Assembly (NCBI GenBank): GCA_964035545.1
Contig: OZ037769.1
Location: 3,515,929-3,579,928 of the forward strand
Reading direction: 5' to 3'
DNA: 64,000 nucleotides
Source of the DNA: Bugula neritina
Lineage: Eukaryota > Animalia > Bryozoa
Shown one piece after another: positions 13,201 through 25,300 of the stretch. Numbering within the stretch: the first letter of the stretch is position 1; each line of letters begins with the position of its first letter. The position numbers were made by a program, and so were the translations under genes. The notes below the pieces were generated by a model. The model did no database searches, was not told the origin of the DNA, and was given only the letters and a program-made list of their open reading frames with translations.

Positions 13201-13488
13201 CTTAGAGTTAGTAAAACTAAAAGTAAAAGTAATCACTGTCAGAATAGTAATTAGTAAGTATAACAATAATGGTACAATTAAATGACTATAACGCCTTAGT
13301 CATCAGTAATGAGTAATCTAAGACTAATAATTAGTGAATAATGAGTAAAACTGATAGTAATAAGTTAAAGTTGTGTAATTTTTATTTTAATTCAATTTCA
13401 ATATGATCAAACTGAAACTCATTTCAAATTGAAATACCTTGGCTAGCAAATGAGGGACTCCGGTATACAGTCTTGATAAAACTCCCAT
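7268..13488 (-). CDS. CS: Citrate synthase, mitochondrial (~467 aa, 9 exons)
   Basis: Exons 13488-13438, 11490-11434, 11238-11131, 10248-10033, 9784-9614, 9423-9227, 8898-8673, 8020-7811, 7435-7268 sum to 1404 nt. Motifs [82 protein letters not shown]; Arg/Ser-rich presequence. Confidence 0.98.
8259..8648. repeat. 19-bp minisatellite (GATTGCTACTGTTACTACA)n in CS intron 7
   Basis: About 20 units with variants; ends ~25 nt from the exon 7 donor. Confidence 0.95.
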
Positions 13489-13950
13489 ATTTGCAAATAA
13501 TATTATATTGCACACTTTAATTAGGAGTGTTGAAATATTAAATAATACGTGTCCAAAGATTAATATGGACTACAAGTAAGCCCCAACCAAGTCACATTAA
13601 CTGAAACTGAATCCCTCTTGATAGTATCTTGGACACTGGATTCGACCTCTACGCAAGCGCCGGCCGGCGTTGATCAATACTCATTTGATTGGGTAAAAAT
13701 ATAGGCTTTGATCCTAAGTATAGATGCAACTCTCGACCCTTCTGAACACTGAACTGGAAAAGACCATTATTTTGAGTTGATTAGTTCTGAACCCTGAACC
13801 TGTACGATTTGTTTTGAAACGTGGGTAATATTCGACCACTCAAGTTAAAACGCTTCTAATTACTGCTCAGCAGCGTGCCCATTACAAATCATTTTTGTCT
13901 TCATCAGAGCGATTTGATTATCACAATTGGTAATCATTATCATAATCATA
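13489..13950. promoter_or_regulatory. Probable bidirectional promoter for CS and MRPS23
   Basis: Divergent ATGs at 13488(-) and 13951(+). GC-rich core ACGCAAGCGCCGGCCGGCGT (~13650-13670), ATTGG (CCAAT box) ~13688, GGACTACAA ~13567. Confidence 0.65.
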
Positions 13951-16900
13951 ATGGCAGGTGCTAGGATTGAACGAGTAAGCTCTATTTTTAAAAGGTAAGT
14001 GCATTTTACTTTTTGCAACATATTGATATAGTGTTGTTCAATAATAATAGTATTGTGATGGATATACTGATGCTCATACTCATACTCAATACTGAGTGAA
14101 TCAGAATGTAAGAAGTTGGCACAAGCCAGTAGTGAGTAGCCGTAGGCGTACCCGCGTAGCCACAAGGAGAATATCAATATGAATATAAGAAAAGACACGA
14201 CCATGCCAAACTCAATGTAGCATCGATAATTAACTGTGAGTTGTGTGAACTCCATGGGTTTCAGAGAAGCAAGAATTGGTACTACCCATGGAGCAGAATC
14301 AGTACTGGAAAATGACAATATAAAAATCTTGTGGGACTTCGACATACACTTACAGTTACACACCGACAGAGTCATCCGCCATCGAAGCTAGGAGGCCTGA
14401 TATGAGTGATATACTTATAGTTACAGTAGTAGTAGTAGTACCAGTTGACAAGCACAATGCTGAAACAACGATCATTGGTACCGTAGTCCCTGGTAACTAC
14501 AGAGTAAAAGAAAAAGGATTGGAGAAAATAAGAAAATATCAACAAAAGTCATCCTCATTGTAATACTAATTCAAATTGAAGCCCTTTGATTTTCATACAA
14601 GACTGGATGGCACTACTTGGAGTAGCTGAAAACAAATACTCACTGATTCAGCAGACAGCCTTATTAGATCGTATCCCGATCAGCTCACATCTTGAGGAAA
14701 GTTCTATCCATCTCAGCCTAGTGGAACTGGGCCAATGGTAGAAGGTTACACCAGCTAAAAAGTTGTGATACAACCAATAATAGTATAAGTATCAGTCATT
14801 AACTTAAACTTAAAGTTAATTTTGACTTCTTTTCATTCTAAGATTTAATTTTATTTTTATAATTAAATTATAATAATAATATGAATTATTATTAATTATA
14901 ATATTAAGGATGCAGATGTTCATGCTCTATAACATTCACTCATAACTATAAGTAACAGTCACCAAGTATATTAACTTCAAAGTACTGTAAGTGTAACACT
15001 AACTAATATTAGTAATAGTAGTAGTAAAACTAATAGTAATACTAATAGCTGCCATCATCAAATCACTGAATCAAATTTAATCACTTCTAGTTCTATCCCA
15101 TTAGATTTAGTCATCAGACTCAGTCAGCTATTTTATTAGTCTACTATGGCTTATATTAGTTTATATCAGGCTATTTTACACTACTGATTAGTCTATTGCA
15201 CTCACAATGGCTGCATCGACAATGAAATTAGATATATTTCTGCATTGTATATTATTATAGATATTTTATTTGTAAAGTATTTAGTAGTGAGTGGCCCTAT
15301 CTAAGTATCTGTTTCAGTTAATTGACTCTTTAATTTTTTAAGAACTTCTGCTAAATTGCATTAGCATTGTGATTAGCTGTGGCTGATGTCAAAGTTTATA
15401 AATTTCATTTCTTATTTATTTATTTAATTTATATAAAAAGTTCTAACTGTGTACTTTTAACAAAGTACACAGTTAGAACTTAAGTCTGCCTGGATCAGTT
15501 TGCTTTGTCTAACTTGTTTATACAATGCTTGGATTATTTTATATTTGGTGGTTCCTGTTTTCTACATTATGTTGGCATTTTAAAATGCTATCCCTGCCAT
15601 TGTCACATGAACACTACGTCATGCTGATGGTCACTAAATAATGTCACAGTAATATTTAGCTTACCAGTAGGACTAGTTACACCAAAGTAGCTTTGAAAGT
15701 TGATATTGATAATCATTCAAATATGTTGGCTCTGTATTTGCAAGTTGATATGTTTCAGAGTTGAGGGTTTGTACAAAGGATGTGTGATTGGTGAGCATGA
15801 ACTACCCATATGGTTCAGTGTGTATCAGGCTTTCCCTCCTAAACTAGAGCCAACAATGGAAAGACCAACTCCTCCTAGCAAAGTTAAAAATCTGATATAT
15901 CCTGAAGACTATATTAGAGGGTAAAATGTCATGAATCTAAATTAGTTATGGCTAAAACAACTCTGCTGCCAACAAAATATCATTTATTTGTATCTTGATA
16001 AAACATTCTAAACTGTAATTAGTGATTTTCTTTATACTGGTGCAGTTCTTGAAATAATCTTGTTATTAATAGATTAGAAATTTTGTGTGCTATGACCTAG
16101 TATCTAATTGTGTGAACCTAAATTAGTTATGGCTAAAACAACTCTGCTGCCAACAAAATATCATTTATTTGTATCTTGATAAAACATTCTAAACTGTAAT
16201 TAGTGATTTTCTTTATACTGGTGCAGTTCTTGAAATAATCTTGTTATTAATAGATTAGAAATTTTGTGTGCTATGACCTAGTATCTAATTGTGTGAACCT
16301 AACACCATACATTGTCTGTATGCTAGCTCTTCTGTGTGAAGATGTGTAGGTTTTTTATGTTTTCTAGAAACTTCATGAAAACGTACGATCATAAGAATAC
16401 CAAGTATGTTAGACTTGACGATCCCAAAACCTTGACTGATCATGTCATGGATAAGTGAGTAACTGCTGATGTCATAATCGCATGCAGTGCACATGTTAAG
16501 ACTAGTCTGGAGAAGGTGAAGAGCAAGCATTGCATCACCTGAGTTACTAACAAATTGAAATTCAACAATTATATCTAATAGAAATTTAAATAGGAAGTCT
16601 TTAGCTTTTTTTGTAAATTATAAATTTTTAAAAAATTGATTTTTGCAAGTTTATAAAAACATTTTATCTCTCTACCTAAGTAATCATAGCTAGTGATAAT
16701 AGCCCCAACAACGCAAGTAAAATTCAGTGGTTGAAAAAATTAATAAACATGTCAACAATGGGGAACTGCTTTCCTACAGCCCATGAAGTTATCCCCTCTA
16801 TGGTATAGTTTAACTAATCGAGTTTTGGCAGACTGATATAAATTTTGCAATTTTAATTTTTGTAGGTCTGCATCTTTTTAAATTACTATTTACCTATTTA

Positions 16901-17108
16901 TCTTGTTATTTCAAGCATGCAGGAGGCTTCGCCTATATACTTGCTTTTATTATTGGGTAGGTATGTGAACTGTTTCATAGAGGTTTCCCAGAGAGATGAT
17001 GGTAAAGACGCTAAGGAGGTAGTAGCAGCTGTAGAAGCTATGCTAGCTAATGATGGGATTGTTTTGACTCGAAAGCTTGTTGAAGGAAGCAATAAGAAAG
17101 AATCATAG
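13951..17108 (+). CDS. MRPS23: 28S mitochondrial ribosomal protein S23 (~146 aa, 4 exons)
   Basis: Exons 13951-13994, 15759-15920, 16368-16454, 16961-17108 join in frame: MAGARIERVSSIFKRVEGL...PIWFSVYQAFPPKLEP...IYPEDYIRG...LANDGIVLTR, matching the recalled mS23 pattern MAGSRLE.VGSIFSR, P.W.DVY.AFPP..EP, Y.ED.IRA. Confidence 0.92.
14090..14710 (+). mobile_element. Decayed 3' fragment of an RLE-type (R4/Dong-like) non-LTR retrotransposon in MRPS23 intron 1
   Basis: Frame-broken translation SECKKLAQ..KE..YKKRHD..NVASII.CELCE.HGFQRSKNWY..AESVLENDNIKILWDFDIH..TDRVI.EARRPD..VVDK..VVPGNYRVKEKGLEKIRKYQ...QQTALL..AHILRKVL: CCHC/RHD motif plus PD-(D/E)xK endonuclease domain. Confidence 0.88.
15438..15481. 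repeat. Perfect hairpin with 20-bp arms and a 4-nt loop
   Basis: AAGTTCTAACTGTGTACTTT-TAAC-AAAGTACACAGTTAGAACTT. Confidence 0.9.
15937..16302. repeat. 181-bp tandem duplication in MRPS23 intron 2
   Basis: 15937-16117 is repeated at 16118-16298 with no differences seen; CTAA microhomology at the junctions. Confidence 0.93.
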
Positions 17109-18837
17109 CCCATTTTCTGTCTCTGTTACTACACAGATATGTGTGTGTATAGTGAGGGGGGAGGGGGGGGAGGGTAGCCCATTGACTAAGTTACAGCACT
17201 GAAGAACTCTTCTCATACTTGCCAAAACCAGAATTAGTCCCAAACAGATAAAGGCATTTTTCTAATAAAACATTTCATATGAAATATATAATATCAATGT
17301 ATATATATTATATATATGTGTATAATTATATATAATGTTATGATCTACAAGCAATACATTATTGCGTACTGTTATTTAAATTGCTTACTTTTTGATTGCA
17401 GAAATTTGCATAGACATATAAAGTTGAGAGTATCTTGTATATATTATTATTTGCAATTAAAAATTTATATGATGAGAAATTTTTAGTACTACTTCAATCA
17501 ATATTTCATTATAATATTTAATAAATATTAAAAAGTAAAATCTGTTTGTGTCTTTACTCTATAGTTTAGGTTACTACAGCTTATGCTAAGCATCATTAGG
17601 TCAATTAAAATATGGAAGCATTGCTTTTACATAAAAGAACGTACAAGTATACAGAAAGAAAGTAATAGGTGGCATGTGTTATCTTGCATGCAATGATAAG
17701 TATATAATTGGTTATTTTATACAAAAGTCCCGAGAAAGTAAAAGTATATAATCGGAGTAAAGGGGCTGGAAATAAAGAGAAAATGCTAATTTGCAATTCA
17801 CTCTCAAATAAGTTTTAATTTTAGTTTCTTTTATGTCACATAAATTACGTCATGCTGAATACACGTATTTATAAAATATTAATCATTGAAGCATAGTAAG
17901 TGGAATTTTCTGAATCGACATTTATAGAAATAATTATAAGCCAAGTGTTGACCATACTGTGGAGTTGTTTACTCGCCGTAGTTGCTTTCGCAATCCATCC
18001 TCTCGTATTTTTGGACTACAGCGTGAAAAGAATATCATTAAATAAATAAATCTGCCCCTGGAGTGAAAAATTATATAAAATAAAACTAATGATAGCTTTA
18101 AGACATAGTGGTGTGTGCAATTCACAATTACTTTAGTGAAGGTATACTACTGCCTCAACATTGCATTGCAATTGCTCACATTTTTTATTGCTGAATGCTC
18201 ATTACAGTTACTCATAATCATTAGTCATTAGACTTGGTCATTACTGATTACTCAAAGTGAAAGTCAAAGTCAATTTAAATTTTCATTTTCATTTTGAATT
18301 AGTGATTTGATCACATTGGTTATGGTTATTCATATTTTGATTGCTATTCTGTTATTCATATTCAATTTCATAGTGTCTTAGTGATATTATAACATTAGCC
18401 AATGCTAGTCTAATTCAGTAATTGTAATACTAATTATTATTACTACCACTCCACTGGACCTGGTACAAATACCAAGATAAAGATTTTATTCTCAGCCCAA
18501 ACAGTGGACGTGGTACTGCTACTGCTTGTGGCTGTGGTTACTCATTTGAGTAAAATTTATACTAAAACATCTTGATTCAGATTTTAGCTACTAAAGTATT
18601 TTTATCTTGATTCTGTTCTGCTGAGCAGTAACACTAACTCAGCTGTAAGAGTAACTCTAAGAGTTATACTTATATTTATAGCCTATCAGTATCACCATGA
18701 CTCATAATATCACTATGAGTATGTCACTGTCAGTCACTAATATTTAATAAATATAATTGATATACAAACTCAGGTTGCCATTGAAAATGAATTTGATGCT
18801 GGTAATGATAATAAAACATAATGATAATGTAGATTAT

Positions 18838-18916
18838 CATGTGGCTCAGTTTGAGTGTAGCCATGGTGGTAGCCATGATGGTTATCACCACAGCTATACT
18901 CAAACTGAGCCACATG
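18838..18916. repeat. Near-perfect 79-nt palindrome in the PHF14 5' intron
   Basis: 39-nt arms around a 1-nt centre (18877); 5 mismatches, all transitions. Confidence 0.85.
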
Positions 18917-19350
18917 TTTATTTTCATAATGACTTTGATATGGTAAACTGTAATACCTTATTACCAATTGTATAACCGTAGGTTCACTTATAGTCTCACT
19001 CATGCTGTAAGTGTATAAGTCTGCTCAGGGGTTGATCATTTCTCTGGTTGTGATCACTGAAATGTACATCTATTTGAATATCGTTCATGACCAACAATAA
19101 ATATAACATAAACTGTAAGTGATAGCAATCAGTCTCACTATGTCTATGACTACCACAGTTTCGCTAGTAGTATTAGTTATAGTAATAGGACTACTAGTAT
19201 GCATATGACCAATATTGTGACTATGATTTTAACATGATAGTATCGACATAAATTTTAATGTTCAGTATAAATATGACCTGGGCACATTACTTTACATGCA
19301 TCACTGTTACTCATCATTTTGTAGAGGACGTTTAAGTTTCTGTAACTACA

Positions 19351-22300
19351 ATGGAAAAGAAGGAATCTGATAATGAAAAAGAGGATAAAGAAGATGCAGC
19401 AGTTGATAAAGAAAGTAAACCATCAGAAGAACTTGATGCAGCCCAGAAGAATGATAATTCCTCAGCAGATGTGGCATTCCTATACAAAACAATGCGTAAG
19501 AAATTGACCCAATTGTTAGACCTGTTCGTTCACAGTTTTCATTCTGAGTGCAGGTTTTGAGGATATTGATTATATCTTAGTTCAAAGAGATCCTTCCAAG
19601 CGGAGAGTAAAGCCCGTGGAGAAACATTTAATGCAGATACACTTTGGTATGTCGGATGATGATGACACTGACAGTGATTATGAGTTTAAACCAGATACGG
19701 CTGCCGACAGCGAAGATGATTTCGGCAGCGACGAGAATGATACTACAACCTCCAACAGCAAAGTATCAGCTCAGGATAAAAATAAGATCTCTGTTCAAGG
19801 TCATTATGTATTTCCGTTGCATATTTTCTCATTTAAAATTCTCAGCATGCAATAATTTGATTTCAATATTTCATATGTTTGAGTTTGCATTCACGCGTTC
19901 TTGTAGACTTGTATGAGTATCAAAGGCATTGATTATATGCAAATGAAGACAACTTACCATTAATTAGTATGTAAATCTAATTAAAGGAGTTTACTTCACA
20001 TGTCTGTTGAATCTTTAAGCTATGCGATTGCGGTGCTCACAAGTTGTGTCTCGGTGCTTGAGTAGATGCGGATAGTGCGGACCAGTGGGAAAGTGAAGAG
20101 GATAGTCTGAGTGAAACAAACAGTCTCGACCTGCAGAAAGCAGAACTTACGATATCCTCCTCAGGGCTTCGGTCGGAGATGAAAGCCTGCTGTGTGTGTC
20201 TCAGTAGCTCATGGTATGTCTGTTCGTCTGTACCGACTTATAGTTGGCCATTTTTTCTCCATTTTTTAGTTAACTTTTCAATCCCAAGAGAAATGATTTT
20301 GTTTGATTAAATTTTTAATTATTGCGCTAATTATTTTTTCCTAATTAATAAAAGATTTTACCTATGCTTGGTATTGTTGAGTACTTGAAGTAATACTTGT
20401 AACCGGTTTTTGATAATTTTAATAGTGTTTTGTTCAACATGTGTGCTGATGCTAGTTGTACTTGCTGCATACAGATGTTACAGTTCTGTCAATTATGTTT
20501 ATGTTGTTAGGAAAGGAAATGCAACTGCATCGTGGTAACAACAAAATTATTACTCACATCAACTTAACAACTTTACTTTAACTCATCTATTCTAGTTTTT
20601 ATAGTTCAATTTCTCCTGTCTAGTTACATCAGTTTACTAGCAACATTTTGTGGTTTAGTCTGCTTTTATTGACATAAAATAAAAGAATTTTTCACCTGCT
20701 GTGTAGTTACTTGGGCACCCGTTGCCTAGCAACCTAAAATGTGACCCGAACACTTCAGCACTTGCTTCTACTAAGTACAACTTGTGTAGCTTATGTAAGA
20801 ACAAAGTGTTCTATCTACTAATTGAACATTTGTTGAATATAAATTTTATAATTTGTACCCATATAACACACACCTACATTCATTCACTTACTATCTCTGC
20901 ACTGTCTCATCAACTTGATTTTGTTGTTTATGCAATCACTTACTAATCTGAAGCATTGTGGATAATGTTGAGCTCATACGTCTATGCGATACACTTACTT
21001 TAATTTAATTACATCTGACTTCTATTCTATTATATGTCCGAATTTGTGGGTTCTTTAATTCTTATTCCCCTATCTCTGCACACACGCTATTGATTGCATT
21101 GATTCTTGAATCTCAAAGTTTAGACTGTGCTCTTGAAATTCTGCTAAATTATTGCTAGAGTTTGCTTACTACTGTCAGTCTAATGGGGTGTTTTCTGTTT
21201 GATTAGTTTTAAGTCTGATTTTCCGCTTTTTTTGTGTCATTCCTTAAACAGCGAATAGAATTCTTTTGTTTTAACAACAATTTCAACCTCAACCTCTAAC
21301 GCTTACGATGCATATTTCCTCTTCTATATGATGTAGTGGCGAAGATGAGATCATAGAGTGTGACGGGTGCGGAATACTCGTACATGAAGGATGTTATGGT
21401 ACAGTTGAAGAAGATGTTCTATCAGTTCATAGTGATATGTCCACAGAAAGTACCGAACCTTGGTTCTGTGATCCGTGTAAAGCCGGTGTTGTACCAGTAC
21501 GTCGTCAAATGCTATTACTAAGCCACATCATATATATACTTCTTGCTGGACTAATGTTTTTATCTTGTACATACATTCTGCTACTCTATCTCACATATTA
21601 TAATATTTATCTGGCAAAAGGTTTATGGATACACTATTTGCTAAAAGCAATTTGAATTTAAATAGGCCTAACAGACTTGTTGATGGTTTGATAGTTTTAA
21701 CTTTTCTTTAAACCTGAATGTTTGAATAAATCTCTAATGTACTTGATGCTAAGTCACATGTATAATATATATAGTCACATGTATAATATATTTAGCCACA
21801 TGTATAATATATATATAGTCACATGTATAATATATATAGTCACATGTATAATATATATAGTCACATGTATAATATATATAACCACATGTATAATATATAT
21901 AGTCACATGTATAATATATATAGTCACATGTATAATATATATATAGTCACATGTATAATATATATAGTCACATGTATAATATATATATAGTCACATGTAT
22001 AATATATATAGTCACATGTATAATATATATAGTCACATGTATAATATATATAGTCACATGTGTAATATATTTGTTCTCTTGCAGTCCTGTGAGTTGTGTC
22101 CCAATCAGTTTGGAATATTCAAACAGACCGACACCGGAAGGTAAGATTTTGGTCTCTGATATGCCACTTAATGATAGATCTACTTCAAGGTATATAGTTA
22201 ATAGTTGTACATAGCTTTATAAGAACTAAATGTACATAACTATACAACTAATAAGTCTACACCTATATAACTGTGAGTTTTGAATTTGTTGGATGAGTTC

Positions 22301-25300
22301 AAAATGATGTAATACTCAAATGTTTCTGATGATTAATCTTTTAGCATTTTATTTTTCCATATTGTTAGCAAAAACTCAATCTTTTGTTATCAAAATATTT
22401 TTTCATTCATTTATTATGGTGTGGGGGATATGAAGTCTACAATGCACTGGTTTGAGATTTTGAGCTATGCATTTGATCTTAAATCTGCAATATTAATCTA
22501 ATGTTATTGATATTGTGTAGCTGCAGTAGCAATAATAGCACATTATAACCTAATACTATGTACAAGGTAGTATAATATTATAATCTAATACTAAATAGTA
22601 CTTTATATATTATATAATGCAATATAATATGATATAAAGCGATGTAGTAATATGCAATATCATATTGTTGTCATGTAACTCTAATTCAAAAGGCATATTT
22701 ACAGTTGTAGGTATTTTGTATCATCCTTATTTTTATGAAAACGTATAATTATTTATAGATGTTACCAATATTGTTCTATTCCAGTTACTATACTCAGTGA
22801 TTGTATTCTAGCCTCAGTTCCAATGTTGACAGGTGGGTTCATCTGATATGTGCGCTGTATGTACCGGCTGTGGCCTTTGGTAACACTGAGAAGCTGACCA
22901 ATGTTACTCTCCTTGAAATGCCCTACTCTAAATGGGGCTCCAAGGTACTCTTACTATTCTCTTTCTGTGAGGTCGTGTATTTTTACATTTGCTGAGAGCT
23001 GCGCTTATTTTTTGAGGTAGCTATGCTCTCTCCCATTAACTTTGTAACATATTTTCATCAATGTTTTTTAAATTGGTTAGAAATCATTTTTTTACAATTT
23101 TGTAAAAAATTATCTATAAAACGCAATTGAATATACAAATTTACCCAAAATTTAGTTTGTAGTGCAAATTGCTTTTCTAAATTAATCAATAATTTACTCA
23201 ATAATTTTATTGCTTAGAGCTTTTGTTGGATACTTATTTTCATATTCTCATTATAAATTGTGGAGACAAATATGAACAATGTTATGATCTACCTTAAGAG
23301 TTGTCTTTCCTACTCACAGTTTTCTCCACATTGTGCAATATATTTTTGGAATTCAGGAATGCAGTCTATGCGAAGATGAGAACTATAGCTTTACCGGAGT
23401 GTGCATAGGGTGTGACGCTGGAATGTGCCGCAGCTTTTTCCATGTTACATGGTATGATAACTCTTTGTCTAGTTTATTTCAGTGTAATGATGTTAGAAAC
23501 ACATGTACAGCCAATAGCTGGATATTATAAGTTCAAGTTGAGTAAAGTGTTGGGCCTTATTTTAATTAAACCATTATTATATGTAAGCTGCAGCAAGCAG
23601 ATAATAAGTCAAATTCAAAACGAGGTTGAGTGTTCATTTTTAATAGTAAAAACTATATTACAGCTCGGTGTATGTGTGTTACATACTTGTGGATATTACT
23701 GTATTGTTTCTACTTTTACTACATTGTTTTTTATTATATTACATACTATTGTGACATAATTTTGTTTCACATACTAATATGTACCCTTATGTTAGTCTAC
23801 TTAATAACATAGCCTGTGTTTCTATATGCTGCAGTGCACAGAGACACGGGCTGCTTTCTGAAGCCTCCATAGACGAGGAGATAGCGGACCCCTTCTATGC
23901 TCACTGTAAGATGCACGGGGACAAACTCGTCAGCAAGCAGAAGAAGAGGAACTTTCTGGCCCTACACGGTCACGTGAAACTGTTCAGAGAAAACAAGGGC
24001 AATCGGCCAGTGTCCGTGAGTTGTGCTTTCATCATCTCTACCAAGCAGTCGGGTTAATCGATTTCTGAAAAATTAAAGAAAAGTGACTCTGAAAAAAAGT
24101 TATTTTAAAAAAGTCATTTTCTTGATCTCTGAATTTATAGTTCAATGTATTTTTCTTTAAGACTCAAGTAATAGATATTTGATATACGCACTCTATTTCT
24201 GGTCATAGTTTTGTAAGCATGTTTGCGTCGTTTTTCAGTGCAGCGTAATATGAAATTGCGTTGGAGAATTTAAGTTTAAATTTTATACTTTTGTAACCAT
24301 AGGAACGGACTAAGCGCCGACTCGAGCATTTTAAGAAAAAGTTCAAAGAAGCTGAAGCTAGGCGCCCAGAGGCATGGGGTAGGTTTTTGTTTCACTCTTT
24401 GGTTTATTCATGTCAAATAAAAGTTTACTGATGAAATAAAAGTTTTTTGTTAGCATCAAGTTAGTTATATTAGTATTAATTTATACTCGGAGTTTTGATG
24501 CTTCCTATTAAAGTATGCAGTGTGTTTGCAGCACCCCCTAACAAATTGCCAAGAGCCATAACTTCTAGTGCTAGTGCTGTGAGCAGCTTGCTGAGGAAAG
24601 CAGAGCTTCTTGGAGTTATATCAGTGAGTTTGACTGTAATATATTGAATACTTGTATTTACTCTATGCGATGGTCGTAGCAATAGGTCACCTGACACCTC
24701 AAGTCAAATGCCATGACTTGTATATTTGACATGTTGACATGTTTAGATTGTTAGCATTGATTCTAGTCTATACCCTATAGTAGGGACTTCAGGTGGTATA
24801 ATATGCTGATGTTGTTAACCTGTATTTCATGCTCCATATGCCAACTACTTTTTGCCTTCCGGTTTTTCCTAAATATTGTTATACATCTGCTGAAGTCATT
24901 GCTGTGACGTCTACTGTAGTCATTGCTGTGACGTCTACTGTAGTCATCTCTCTGTAGTCATCTCTCTGTAGTCATCTCTCTGTTGTAGAATGTAAAGAAT
25001 AATCAACCCAAACCTCAAGTCATAACAAAGAAGTCTTTCGTTGCACCTGCTCTGTCAGTAGAGTTTGCAGCTTACCACGAGCGTGAGTATATCCTGTTTC
25101 CTGTTTCTAATATGTCACAGTTGTTTATTTCTAGTATGTCACAATTGTTTATTTCTAGTATGTCACATTTGTTTCTAATATGTCACAGTTGTTTATTTCT
25201 AGTATGTCACAATTGTTTATTTCTAGTATGTCACAGTTGTTTATTTCTAGTATGTCACAATTGTTTATTTCTAGTATGTCACAGTTGTTTATTTCTAGTA

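Noticed and set aside
13860-14375. 171-aa minus-strand ORF
   Set aside because: Antisense to MRPS23 exon 1 and the retroelement remnant; no recognisable motif.
18730-19003. His-rich ORFs similar on both strands
   Set aside because: Caused by the palindrome at 18838-18916 and hexamer periodicity.
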